From positions 20,273 through 84,272 of the forward strand of contig CAZOAJ010000007.1 in NCBI GenBank assembly GCA_964577935.1: a stretch of DNA of 64,000 bases, given 5' to 3'. Both the position numbers and the translations under genes were made by a program. Each line of letters starts with the position of its first letter. The stretch's first letter is position 1. Positions 46,911 through 57,700 of this stretch are shown here, piece after piece. This DNA comes from an uncultured bacterium. GTDB taxonomy: Bacteria; Chlamydiota; Chlamydiia; Chlamydiales; FEN-1388. The notes beneath the pieces were generated by a model that was not told the DNA's origin, did not search any database, and worked only from the letters and a program-made list of their open reading frames with translations.

Positions 46911-49900
46911 ATTTCGACATTTGAGGGTCTTCTTCATGGCTTATTTCTCCTACAGCCTCCTCTCGTCCTTGCAAGTTGCCAAATCGATGATAGTCAAACG
47001 ATATTGAAATCTCTTTAAGGAAGTGAATAAGCTCTACACGTCCATTATGAGATGGAGGAATAATTTCAATTGATTGGGCATATTGAGAGAGGCTTTTTAT
47101 AAGTTCAGTAGGCCCTTTTCTAAAAGCTCTAAAACGAGGGAATGGGTGTTGCTTGAAAGCCTCTAAAAACTCTCCTTGGCTATCATACCAGTACCAGCTC
47201 TTATTCAAACAAAATGCTTTCAGGTCACGCATGCTACATGTTGATGAAATATCTAAATTTTCTCCTGTAATATGAAGAGTACACCCTAAGAGAGCTGCGA
47301 TCGAGCAAATACACCAGATATCTTGAAACTGATCCAAAGGATCAATATGAATGAAAAAAGCATCATGGGGCTCGTAACGAATGAAATTCTCTTGTCCTAA
47401 GATATTCTGCATTTGCTTTGGCTTTGCAAAAAAATTCTCATATGCCGATGCATATTCACGGCTTATATCTACAAGTGTTTGATTGGACTCAATCGGAAGA
47501 AGTGAGCATGTTAAGTGGAGTTGTTGGTGGTTGCTGAGGCTTATCGCACGTTTTTCGGCTTCTCGTCCTGTTATCAGCTGAACAAGATATGATGGACCCC
47601 CAGCCTTCATTCCCGTTCCAAATGAGCTTGCTTTTATTCCTCCAAATGGCTGTCTGCCTACTATAGCTCCTGTTATGCTTCTGTTGACATATCGGTTTCC
47701 TGATTGAATTTCTTGGAGAAAATAGGCCTGTTCAGCCGGATCTAAAGACATAAGGCCTGCCGTTAATCCGTATTGAGTTTGATTTGCAAATTGAACAGCA
47801 CAAGTAAAGGATTCGGCTTCAATAACGCTTAAGATTGGCCCAAAGAGCTCTTTTTGGTGACTAAAAGAACCGCAGGTTACACCAATTTTTATGCCAGGTG
47901 AGAACAATTGAGGGTTAATCGGGTCCATAAACGGCTTTAAAAGCCATTTCTCATCGTTTTCAAGTGATGAAAATGCTTTCATAAAGTCATTTGAAGGGTC
48001 TTTTGCTAATGGGGTTACTTTCGACCTTAAATCCCAAGCAGAGCCAACAGGCAAAGATGAAGCCGCATCTTTCAGTTTATCAAGAAAGTCTGAATTGTCC
48101 AGTAGGGCCTTTTCAACAATAAGCAGGCTGCAAGCGCTACACTTTTGACCAGAGTATCCAAAGCTCGACGCGATAATTTCCTTAACAGCAAGATCTAGAT
48201 CAGCTGATTGAGTGACAATAATTGCATTTTTTCCGCCAGTTTCAGCAAAAAGTCGTCGCTGAGGACATTTTTTTAAAAAAAGCCTGCCGGTCTCAGTTGA
48301 TCCTGTTAAAAAAAGAAACTGAATTCTTGTATCTTGAAGCAGTATGTGCCCTTCTGGATCATCTCTTGTTGGGATAAATTGAAGATAGGTATGAGGAACT
48401 CCTGCCTCCCACAGGCAATTAACGACTTCCCATCCAGTTCCAATAGCTTCTGGGGCTGGTTTAAAAAGTACAGCCTTATTTGTTGCAAGTGAAGCTATAA
48501 TCCCATTTATGGGTATCGATACAGGAAAGTTCCAAGGGGAGCAGATAAGAGATACTGCATTGTGTTCACTTGACTCTGGGGTCGAGAACAGCATTTCATC
48601 TTGCGTAAGTTGGGATGCATAATATCTACAGAAATCAATAGCTTCTGACACTTCGCTATCTGCTTCCCATATCGGCTTTGCAACCTCTTGGATCATTGAT
48701 CCAATAAGACGAGATCTATTTTCTTCAAGCTTTGCAGCAATCGATATAAGAAGATGGGCCTTTCCTGCTGCTGTGGATTGAGTTATTTCTTCGGCAGATC
48801 GTAATGCTGTTTGGATTGCTTTTTCAATATTGCTTGGACCTGCTAATTGATGCTCATGAATGATATATCCAGGTCTTGACGGATCTTGGCGTATTGCCGA
48901 GGTAATACCTGAACAAAAGTCCCCGCCAATTTGCAGAGGTATTCGTCTTGATGGTCTGCTCTGCCATTCTTTTATTATATTTTGAGCCCATTTTCTGTTT
49001 TGAGGAAGGCTCCAATCGGTATCAGGGCTGTTTGAAAATGTTTTTTTTGAAATTAATGGGGTCTCTTCTAATCTATTCTGTACTCGTCTGTTGCCTCTAT
49101 GAATAGATGTTCTATTCAAAATAGCTTTTTCAAAGCTTTCTTGTTGTTTTTGCCATAATCGATCTTCCGGAAGAAGGGATTCAGATGCGCCTTTTCTTCG
49201 GGTTTTGTCTTTCTCCTCATCATCGAGAGCGAGAAATGCAAGAAAATTTTCTCTGGAAGTATTTTCATCAAGGCGACGGGTTAGGTAGGCCAAGGCGGTG
49301 TGAAATTCATCATTTGCCACGAGAGGGCAATAAAGAACAGAGTGAGGAACAAGACGTGCAAGTGTTTGAGATATTGATGGAGCCATTCCTGAAAGCGTTT
49401 CAAGAGATATATTATTCAGAATATTGTTAGATGCAGCGATCACTGCTGCATAGCAGAGATCAAAAACATTATGACTGCCGACCGCAATATGCAGAGCTTT
49501 TTGTGCATCTTTCTTAACAAGTCGATGAAGCATGTACATAAAATGGGCGTCAGTCTCCTCTTTTTTTGTATAAGGAGCCTGAGGCCATCCTTTAAGGCTT
49601 GCTTCAACTTTTTCCATAGGGAGATTTGCCCCCTTTACCAGGCGAACTCGGACTTTTTCCTTCCCTTCTTCAACTCGAGAAAGAGACCATTGAATGAGAT
49701 CTTCTAAGATGGTCGATGAGTAGGGGATATAGGCTTGAAGAGCGATTCCAATTTTGGCCCGGCTCATCTCTTGATCATTTAACGTTTCTTTGAGAAGAGC
49801 ATAGGTTAAATCCAGATCCTTCCATTCCTCCATGTCAAGCATAATCCAGCCATTGTTTTTTGATGCGGCAGAGGCTAAGGCTTTGAGCCTTTCCTTGAGC

Positions 49901-50547
49901 ACTAATAGAGTATCATCAAAAGCAAGAAGATTAATTTGAGAAAAAATGCTCGAGATTTTCACAGAGACCATTGATACGCTTGGATGATCAAAGTCGAGGA
50001 TATATTTTCTTAGTCTTTTGATAGCCTCTTCTTCACCAAGTATTGCTTCTCCCAAGTGATTTAGGTTTGCCTCTATATTTTCAAATTTTAAAGTGCGGAT
50101 AAGTGATTCAATATGCGACGGCTTCTCGTTAGTTATGAGCTCATCAGTTTGACGTCGAATAATGAATGAAATGACTCCACGAATGAAATTAGGGATGATT
50201 TTTCCGAAGTAACAAGCGATTTTAAAAAAAGTGAATTCTCCCTTCGATAGATAAGATGGTTTATTTTGATTTGCCATTTCATCAAGAAGCTTGATTGAAC
50301 GCCTAGGGTCTGAGGGGCGAAAGAATCGATCAGTGAAATTGAGAATAAACAGTTTATCCTGGGGATGGCGAATTAAATTTGCAATTCGCGCCATTCTTCT
50401 ATGCTGTGAAGAAGTTTCTAGGGAATGTGATATTTGGAGAATTTCTTCAGCTAATTCGGTTGCCGTTCGAATTGCTTTTTCATCCGTAAGATCTTCATTG
50501 ATGATGTTTTCAAGAAGAGCTTTTGCTTGCTGTAATAAACGATGCAT
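46909..50547 (-). CDS. putA: Bifunctional proline dehydrogenase / L-glutamate-gamma-semialdehyde dehydrogenase
   Basis: 1212 aa. An N-terminal PRODH barrel region is followed by an ALDH domain with the catalytic Cys block GYSGQKCSACS and ETGGKNAIIV. Confidence 0.9.
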   Translation of the reverse strand: MHRLLQQAKALLENIINEDLTDEKAIRTATELAEEILQISHSLETSSQHRRMARIANLIRHPQDKLFILNFTDRFFRPSDPRRSIKLLDEMANQNKPSYLSKGEFTFFKIACYFGKIIPNFIRGVISFIIRRQTDELITNEKPSHIESLIRTLKFENIEANLNHLGEAILGEEEAIKRLRKYILDFDHPSVSMVSVKISSIFSQINLLAFDDTLLVLKERLKALASAASKNNGWIMLDMEEWKDLDLTYALLKETLNDQEMSRAKIGIALQAYIPYSSTILEDLIQWSLSRVEEGKEKVRVRLVKGANLPMEKVEASLKGWPQAPYTKKEETDAHFMYMLHRLVKKDAQKALHIAVGSHNVFDLCYAAVIAASNNILNNISLETLSGMAPSISQTLARLVPHSVLYCPLVANDEFHTALAYLTRRLDENTSRENFLAFLALDDEEKDKTRRKGASESLLPEDRLWQKQQESFEKAILNRTSIHRGNRRVQNRLEETPLISKKTFSNSPDTDWSLPQNRKWAQNIIKEWQSRPSRRIPLQIGGDFCSGITSAIRQDPSRPGYIIHEHQLAGPSNIEKAIQTALRSAEEITQSTAAGKAHLLISIAAKLEENRSRLIGSMIQEVAKPIWEADSEVSEAIDFCRYYASQLTQDEMLFSTPESSEHNAVSLICSPWNFPVSIPINGIIASLATNKAVLFKPAPEAIGTGWEVVNCLWEAGVPHTYLQFIPTRDDPEGHILLQDTRIQFLFLTGSTETGRLFLKKCPQRRLFAETGGKNAIIVTQSADLDLAVKEIIASSFGYSGQKCSACSLLIVEKALLDNSDFLDKLKDAASSLPVGSAWDLRSKVTPLAKDPSNDFMKAFSSLENDEKWLLKPFMDPINPQLFSPGIKIGVTCGSFSHQKELFGPILSVIEAESFTCAVQFANQTQYGLTAGLMSLDPAEQAYFLQEIQSGNRYVNRSITGAIVGRQPFGGIKASSFGTGMKAGGPSYLVQLITGREAEKRAISLSNHQQLHLTCSLLPIESNQTLVDISREYASAYENFFAKPKQMQNILGQENFIRYEPHDAFFIHIDPLDQFQDIWCICSIAALLGCTLHITGENLDISSTCSMRDLKAFCLNKSWYWYDSQGEFLEAFKQHPFPRFRAFRKGPTELIKSLSQYAQSIEIIPPSHNGRVELIHFLKEISISFDYHRFGNLQGREEAVGEISHEEDPQMSK

Positions 50548-51019
50548 ATTCCATGAATTTTTTCACATCTTTCAGCAATACTCTGTTTTCTCTTTTCTCT
50601 GAAGTATTCTATTTTTTTTCTCTTTTTCAAGTCGAAATAAACGAGGAGTATATAAGTGGGGGCTGTCGGACTTTCAAAGAGAAAGAGCAGTTGTGAATGC
50701 AGCCGTGTTCGATTCAAGAGCTGCGACTATTCAAGAAGTTGTACTTTTCCAAAAATCGCAGACAAACCAAACATTTATCGCTTTTCCATACGTCAAAAAA
50801 ATCACAGGTTCTTGAAGCCTTTAAGCATCAAAAACTGGATGGGCTTTAATTGGATTGTGTTTCACAAGAAAGCATATTTCCCTCATTAGAGGCTCTTATT
50901 ATGCGCCAAGTGATTGACGAATTTATCGAGGGCAACGCCTCTCTTTTGTTCGATTTCTTTTTCTAAGGTAGCTCTTTTTATAATTTACAAGATGCTTTTC
51001 CGAAATAAACATAATGGGC

Positions 51020-51913
51020 TTACTGTTTTTTCATTTCTTCTGAAACAGTCTCTCGAAAAGACTTATCTAGGAACAGCTCAGCTAATACAATTTGAGCGCG
51101 TTTGTATTTTTCTCTGATCATTTCGGAGTCTCCGCCGTGACGACATACATAAAATGGCAGCGATATGAGGTAGGGAGGTTTTGCTTGCCTTTCTTGATGT
51201 AGGTCCCACTCAACTTGTCGTATCCAGTCCCACTCCGCTTCTAGTGAGTTAAATCCGGGGCCTGGTTCAATCTCCTTTTTTACCGCTGGAATTATAATTT
51301 TCTTAGATTCATTATGCCAATGCCAACCTATAAAGCTCCCTCTAAAAAAAGGAAGCGGCGCTTCAAAGGGGATCCTTCTCAAATGTATCCCAACTTGCGC
51401 TCGTCGGCAGAAATACTCTGAATTGGCATCTCCATACCCAAGAACCAATCCTATGTAATAAGGGTCGTATAGAAAAAGTTGAAAAAGAGTGATTTTTGGA
51501 TCTTCTAATCGCTTAAAAAACTCAGCCCGATTCGTATATTTTGTTTCTATGAAGTGCTGAAGAGCATGATTTTCAGAGATAAGATTTTCTATGGATTTCT
51601 TATTGATCAGTTCAACTCTGTAAAAACAGTTACTTTCACAAAATATTTTCAGAACAAAATTCTTTGAACCGTTACCTGCTTTTTCAAGTGAATTCAGAAA
51701 TGTGCGTAGACCTTCTTGATCGGTAAAAAGGTACTCATAATCGAGTTCATCTATCGAAGCAGATTTTGCTCCTATAAGAGTATACCCAAATTCTTTGGAA
51801 AAGAGGCTGATATAGGCACTTTCAATTTCCCGATCAACCGAATAACTAAGAAGCGGTGAAATCAAGGAAATCAAAAGCGCTAAAGAACTACTTATTTTGT
51901 TCTTTGTGATCAT
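51020..51913 (-). CDS. Hypothetical secreted protein (297 aa)
   Basis: Signal peptide MITKNKISSSLALLISLISPLLSYS. No recognised domain. It lies 9 nt downstream of the preceding gene, so probably in the same operon. Confidence 0.5.
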   Translation of the reverse strand: MITKNKISSSLALLISLISPLLSYSVDREIESAYISLFSKEFGYTLIGAKSASIDELDYEYLFTDQEGLRTFLNSLEKAGNGSKNFVLKIFCESNCFYRVELINKKSIENLISENHALQHFIETKYTNRAEFFKRLEDPKITLFQLFLYDPYYIGLVLGYGDANSEYFCRRAQVGIHLRRIPFEAPLPFFRGSFIGWHWHNESKKIIIPAVKKEIEPGPGFNSLEAEWDWIRQVEWDLHQERQAKPPYLISLPFYVCRHGGDSEMIREKYKRAQIVLAELFLDKSFRETVSEEMKKQ

Positions 51914-51922
51914 CGTTAATCT

Positions 51923-52276
51923 TTAATCCCTCAAAGGACATGTATTATATTTATGATAATTACGGGCGGATTCAGACTTAAACATTTTATAGCATCTGTC
52001 ACAAGTATAAAAAACTTTTGCAACAACTTTACCATTCAACCTTAATGGCAATTCTCGTTCAAATACAAAAATTCCCTTTTCATCAGACCTTAACAACTTG
52101 AGGTTAACAGGACCTTTCTCGGTATTGAGTGTAATAGATTTTTTATTCAATGTTATAGCTTGCTCATTCAAATAGATCTTTTTTTGAGAAGGCTTTTTGT
52201 CTTCTGCTCGAACGCTGGAACAGACTATTGAACCAATAAGCAATGACACTATACTAAGATAACTTCGTATTTTCAT
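51923..52276 (-). CDS. Small secreted protein with a C-terminal C2HC zinc-finger-like motif
   Basis: Signal peptide MKIRSYLSIVSLLIGSIVCSSVRA. The C-terminus is FYTCDRCYKMFKSESARNYHKYNTCP. Confidence 0.5.
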   Translation of the reverse strand: MKIRSYLSIVSLLIGSIVCSSVRAEDKKPSQKKIYLNEQAITLNKKSITLNTEKGPVNLKLLRSDEKGIFVFERELPLRLNGKVVAKVFYTCDRCYKMFKSESARNYHKYNTCPLRD

Positions 52277-52715
52277 GACTGATGCCCTCGAATTTGCTCT
52301 TTTAACAAAAATTCCAGGAGTAATACATCTTTTGAAGGCATTATCTCAATTATTTTTACTGATAACCGAAAATTGGACAGCATAGAGCTCTTCAAGCCTC
52401 TTAACGGCATGTTTGAATGAGATCGTCGATCCAAAGTCCTCAACGATTCGAAAAAGTAGTCTAGAAAATCTTCAACTGTATATCAATATTTTTGAATGAA
52501 AGACGAATTCATCCTTTAACTTAGCCTTGTTAAACATCTCTTGCAGACAGCGTGGAATATTTGGCGTGGATATTTGGATAGTGTTGTAGTTTTTGTGCAA
52601 ATTCTAGACCTTTACCATTCAATGCAGCTATAAGCAGTACTCTTCAACGGGTGGTACATATGTGGATCAATCATTTGCTCCATAGATTCTCAGAGATTCC
52701 AACTTTTAGTCCCAA

Positions 52716-53249
52716 CTAACCGGGGAAAAGTAGTCTGCCTAGACGTACTGTCGATTCGACAAGAAGATGAATTCTGTTGATGACATCTTGATTTGAAACA
52801 GCGCCATTTTCTGAAAAATCATTCTTATCGGCCATGACAATCTTTGGAACTATATGACAACGGAAATCATAAATAAGGCTTGTCATAAAGCTTGAAAGAG
52901 AGAGGTAGCTAACGGGGCTTCCAGCTGTGCAGATAAATCCAATTACTTTGTCAAAAAGTGATTGGTATACAAGCTCTATTACATTTTTAGCAGAAGCGCT
53001 CACCGAGTAGTTATAGATGGGAACGATAAATAATATCGCCTTAGCTTGATCCATTTTTTCCTTGATGAGAGCGACAGAACGATGATTGAAGCTTTCAGTT
53101 CCATCGCACAAAGGAAGTTCGAAATTTTGTAGGTCGATCAAGTCACAGGTAAAGCCGTTCTCTTGAGCTATTGAGTGTGTATGCTCAGCTAAGACCTTTC
53201 CTTTTGAAGAGGGGTTTAAGCTGCAGCTGATAATCAAAAGATCAGTCAT
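52716..53249 (-). CDS. NAD(P)H-dependent FMN reductase family protein
   Basis: Flavodoxin-like fold pattern LLIISCSLNPSSKG ... ILFIVPIYNYSVSASAKNVIE. Confidence 0.75.
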   Translation of the reverse strand: MTDLLIISCSLNPSSKGKVLAEHTHSIAQENGFTCDLIDLQNFELPLCDGTESFNHRSVALIKEKMDQAKAILFIVPIYNYSVSASAKNVIELVYQSLFDKVIGFICTAGSPVSYLSLSSFMTSLIYDFRCHIVPKIVMADKNDFSENGAVSNQDVINRIHLLVESTVRLGRLLFPG

Positions 53250-53263
53250 AGGTAAAATATTTT

Positions 53264-54598
53264 TTATCTTGATATGTCCTGTATTCGGTCTGAAATTCCC
53301 TTGGATTGAGACTCAAGAGGTCTTGAAATGATTTGGACATTTCTTCTTCCTGTGAAGAAGAGGAAAATCCATTTGGTGATTACAATGAGTCTGTTTTCAA
53401 ATCCGATCAGATAGAATATATGTATAAGTGACCATATAAGCCAAGCGATAAGCCCTGAAAGTGATCTTCCTCCTACAATGCCTACGGCCTTTCCGCGTCC
53501 GATTGTAGCTATCGACCCTTTGTCGCAATAGGTGAATACAGGACGGGTACTTTGAGTTGAACGAGCGTTTTTTGCAAGTTCCTCTTTAATCAGTTTTGCA
53601 ATAAACGCTCCCTGCTGTTTTGCAACAGGAGCAAGGCCTGGCAGCGCTTTTCCATTTCCGTTAATGAAACAAGCTGCGTCACCAAGAACAAAAATATTGG
53701 AATGATCAGGAATAGAGAGATCTTTTTCGACAATAACTCTTCCGTTTTTATCAAGAGGTACTCCGAGAGTTTTAAGAAGAGGTGATGCTTGGTTTCCTGC
53801 TGCCCAAATTACACAATGAGATGGAATGAAGAGAGGGCCTGCAAGGACTCCTTCTCCATCTATCTTGGTGACGATGGTGCTTTTTAAGACTTCAACTCCT
53901 AATTTTTTGAGAGCGGTTTCTGCTTTAAGAGCTAATGATTCGGGAAATCCAGGAAGAATTTGACTCGCTCCTTCAATTAAATAAACCTTTGCTTCAGAGG
54001 TGTTTATCTTTCTAAAGTCGTGGATAAGAGTTTTAAAGGCGATTTCCGCTATCGCTCCTGCCATTTCGACACCGGTTGGTCCTCCTCCCACAATCACAAA
54101 ATTTAAATAGGATTGTATTGATTTCGGGCTTTCAGCTCGTTCTGCTCTTTCAAAAGAGGAGAGGATAGTTTCCCGGATGTTAATAGCGTCTTGGATCGTT
54201 TTTAATCCTGGAGCGAGTGGTTCCCACTCATCCTTCCCCCAGTATGAATGACGACTTCCTGGAGCTAAAATAAGATAATCAAAGGCGTGTTCCGTCCCAT
54301 CATTGAGAATAATGACATTTCGTTCCGTGTCTACTTTATCAACGGTGGCCATCAAGACTCTGCAATTTTTTTGCTCATGGAGGATCTCTCTTATGGGTTC
54401 GGCGATATCCCCTGGGGAAAGAGCTGCTGTTGCCACCTGATAGAGAAGAGGTTGGAAAAGGTGGTGGTTGACTCTATCAATAATAAGTAGGTCGCAGTCA
54501 ACTCCTTTGAGTTGTTTTGCAGCTTCGAGTCCTGCAAATCCTGCACCAACAATAATAATCCGGGTCATAGAAGTCCTTTTATCCAAGCTTTTCATCAT
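53264..54598 (-). CDS. ndh: Type II NADH dehydrogenase (NDH-2)
   Basis: Two dinucleotide-binding motifs IIIVGAGFAGL and FVIVGGGPTGVE, plus a C-terminal membrane-anchoring segment. The start is ATG 54598 or 54568. Confidence 0.88.
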   Translation of the reverse strand: MMKSLDKRTSMTRIIIVGAGFAGLEAAKQLKGVDCDLLIIDRVNHHLFQPLLYQVATAALSPGDIAEPIREILHEQKNCRVLMATVDKVDTERNVIILNDGTEHAFDYLILAPGSRHSYWGKDEWEPLAPGLKTIQDAINIRETILSSFERAERAESPKSIQSYLNFVIVGGGPTGVEMAGAIAEIAFKTLIHDFRKINTSEAKVYLIEGASQILPGFPESLALKAETALKKLGVEVLKSTIVTKIDGEGVLAGPLFIPSHCVIWAAGNQASPLLKTLGVPLDKNGRVIVEKDLSIPDHSNIFVLGDAACFINGNGKALPGLAPVAKQQGAFIAKLIKEELAKNARSTQSTRPVFTYCDKGSIATIGRGKAVGIVGGRSLSGLIAWLIWSLIHIFYLIGFENRLIVITKWIFLFFTGRRNVQIISRPLESQSKGISDRIQDISR

Positions 54599-54736
54599 CT
54601 TAGATTCAATTAATGCATAGATTTAGTCAAACCAACACTAAGACAACACCGTTGCCTGTTGTATACATCGAATCGTGATCCCTTTCGTTATTTTAAAAAA
54701 AATATTAGAATTCAAGAAGACACATAGGGTAGGAAA

Positions 54737-57700
54737 ATGGATCCGAGTACTGCAAGTGGAGGATTTTCCTCTTATTCTCCCATAAATGAATCTCCCACTA
54801 AATCTGCATCAAAAATGCATGGGGGAGAGAGTGCAAATGGAGCCTTTCCGCTTCAAGCAGATAAAAAAGCAAGGCAACAGGCTCAATCAAAAAATGTGGC
54901 TCGAGCTGCAGCTCCACTTATTCATTATCGGGGAGGCAAGAAATCTGCCCAGGCAGCTTATAAAACTTTGTCGAAAGAAGCTAGGGAAGAGCAAAAAACA
55001 AGTTTTTATCAGCAGCGTGCACGTCAGCAGGAAAGTAGAAAACTTGTAGATTCTATTGAAATGGAAGCTCGAGCAGTTGTCGAGGATATGCTTTCTAGTA
55101 TCATGTCTCCGGAAGACCATGAAGAGGGTGTCGAAAGCGATAAAAATAAAACGGATGAAGAAAAGAACAAGGATGAAGGTCTTTCGGGAGAAGGGGCTGT
55201 AAAGTCCCCTCTCTCCAAAATACAGGAGAAAGAATCTTTTAACGAAGGTGGAGGAAAGCAAGAATATGAAGGTGAACACTCCCTTTACGTTGAGCAAAGG
55301 AGAGATAGTTTATTCGAAGGATTGAGCAATACTCAAATGATTGCGGCTTCATCTGAGCAGATAAAAGGGATTGATCATCCTCTACCTTCATTGTCGCCCG
55401 ATATTTCTATTTCTGCGACACGCACCCAATTGCCTGTCCATTCTGTCTCATCGGATGCCATCAAATCACCCGATGATCCCCTGGCTCTACTCAAAGAAAA
55501 GGTTATAAGTTGCCCATCTCATGAGCTAGACAGTTTTATATCGAATCTTAGCAGCGATGAATCTAAAAAACTTTTTCAATTAAGCAAGCAGCAAGACTTT
55601 GTCAAATCGTACCCCGCAGTTTTTGAAGCCATGGACGCTAAGCTTTTAGCGATAACACAAGGCTTTACAGATGATATAGGGTCAAGTGCTGCACGCCTTC
55701 AAGGCGAGCCTAAATCAGTTCTTCTTTACCTTGATAAGAAGTTGGAGATGAAAAAAGATTCTTTATCTCCAGAAGAAAAAAGGTCTGTGGATATTTTAAA
55801 AGCATATGCGAGTGTTCCTCTTATATCGAAACTTTCAGGAAAAGTCGTTTTGCCTCCACAAGAAAAAAAAGAGCTGTCTCAAAAGCTCTGCCGTTCTTTG
55901 TGTGCTCTCCAGTCACCCGCAAAGTTCTTTCATCAAGGACGTTGCTGTCTTGATGCCTATGCAAAAGCTTCCGATTACAAAGCTGTAAAGGAATTTGCTC
56001 AGTTTGCTCTCGATTGGAGTAAAAAAAATCATGATACACGCCTCTATCCACGAGAGGAGTTGATCGCTATAGCTCATAGGCTATCTGAAATTGATGGAAA
56101 TACCTCCGAGATAGATGAAATCAAACAACTTGCAGCTGATCTTCAGAAAGAAGCTACAGAGAAGGTAAAAACTGAATTCAAAGAAGTTCCTGTTGGTGCA
56201 AAATCTTTTTCAAATTTTATGAATGACCTGAAAAAAGGTGGGAGAGCTGACCAAGCTTCCTATCATAAAAGTGTCGAAGGGCTCTCTCGTGATTTGCTTG
56301 TGCTGCAACGCCATGTCTATCAACAGCTGACTCCTGATGGGCTTATTTCTGCAGTGACAGCTAAAAATGCTGAAGATAAGCAGGATCTTGCTCTTTCAAC
56401 CACGATTGTGAATGGATTGAATAAGCTTGTTGCTCAAAGCCTTGTAGAGGCCGGTAGCCCAGATGAACGCGCATTCCTTGTCTCGTTTTATGGAGATGTC
56501 GCCGACAAGTGTATGAAACATGGCGATTACTTTTCTGCTTCCATTCTCTTTTCAGGGCTTGGCTCATCACCTGTGTATAGATTGTCTCCAATTGAGGAGG
56601 TAGGACAAATATCGAGAATAGAAAACGAAGAAGAATTCAAGCGGGAAGTAGCCTCCCTTAAAGATGAGGGATTAAAGAGAGCTGCATCGACTTGGCGGAA
56701 CTTTCGAAAAAAAGAAGCAGGAAATTTGCGTGAAATGCGAAAAGATCGGGCAGATTTACTTACAAATTCGAGTGCCCCTCCATTTTTTTTCCCTGTCCAA
56801 CGAATTGCAACTGACCTCACCTTCATGAACGATGGTAATCCTGAGGTAGTAGATTTAGAACTTAATTCAAAAAGACTAAACTTTTTTGACAAAGACCTTC
56901 ATGAAGTCGAAGCGATGGTTGGACGAGTCGATCTCTCGTCGAAGAAAGAGGCTTTGAGTCCCACGACCGATCTTTTTAAGGCAATAGAAGCAAGTAATGC
57001 GATATCTGATGGGGATCTATATGATATATCTCTAGCGGTTCAGCCTCGTAATAAGCTTGTGGAGATTCTCCCTCGACAATCATTTGAAGATCGTATGAAG
57101 TATCACGCCCAGTCCCTGCCTGTGCATCGAGTTCATGATTATTTTAAGGAGCATGCTTTGGATGAACAGGTCGTGAAGGGCTCTATAGACAATGCGATAT
57201 ATAAATATTTTGAGCAGAAAGCAAAAAATCAAGGAGTTGACCCTAAGAAATTTATCAAGGACCACGCAAAAGATGTTCAGGTTTTGCAAAATAGTGTGAG
57301 GCTTGATGTGTATAAAAAATTGCAGTCTGAACTTCGAAATAAGGACTTTAACCCTGAATTGGGCTTATCCAAATCAACGTTACTGGAAGCTGTAAAAACT
57401 TCTTTTGAAGGATCTGTAGAGGCAGATATTCAGTCTATTTCGAATCAAAGCATTCTTAAGTCATTTAGCCTTTCGAATTTGAAGAGGAATAAATTTGCGG
57501 TGATTGACTTTATTAAGAATTGTTTAAAACTTCCCTATGCGATCAAGTCCCGCCTTTGTTTTCCTGAGGCTCATTCTTTTTTTGAAAATCCTAAGCATGA
57601 AATTGGAAGGGGTCTACAGGCATCTATAAAGAAAGGTGCTGATTTGGAGGCTGCAAAAATTTGCTTTCGTGGAGATCAAAATAAATTAAAAAAATATGAA

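Noticed and set aside
50548-51019. A 472-bp gap upstream of putA containing several 60-100-aa ORFs (50291-50602, 50451-50717, 50656-50889, 50914-51117).
   Set aside because: These ORFs overlap one another in different frames and have skewed, low-complexity composition with no motifs. The region is more likely the putA promoter/leader than coding sequence.
54887-55297. Numerous 60-136-aa ORFs antisense to or nested inside long genes. Examples: 3596-4045, 6945-7301, 11197-11562, 19161-19514, 54887-55297, 56527-56892, 59138-59509, 60728-61072.
   Set aside because: All lie within strongly supported CDSs on the opposite strand or in another frame. They have low-complexity or odd composition and no recognisable motifs, which is typical of shadow ORFs.
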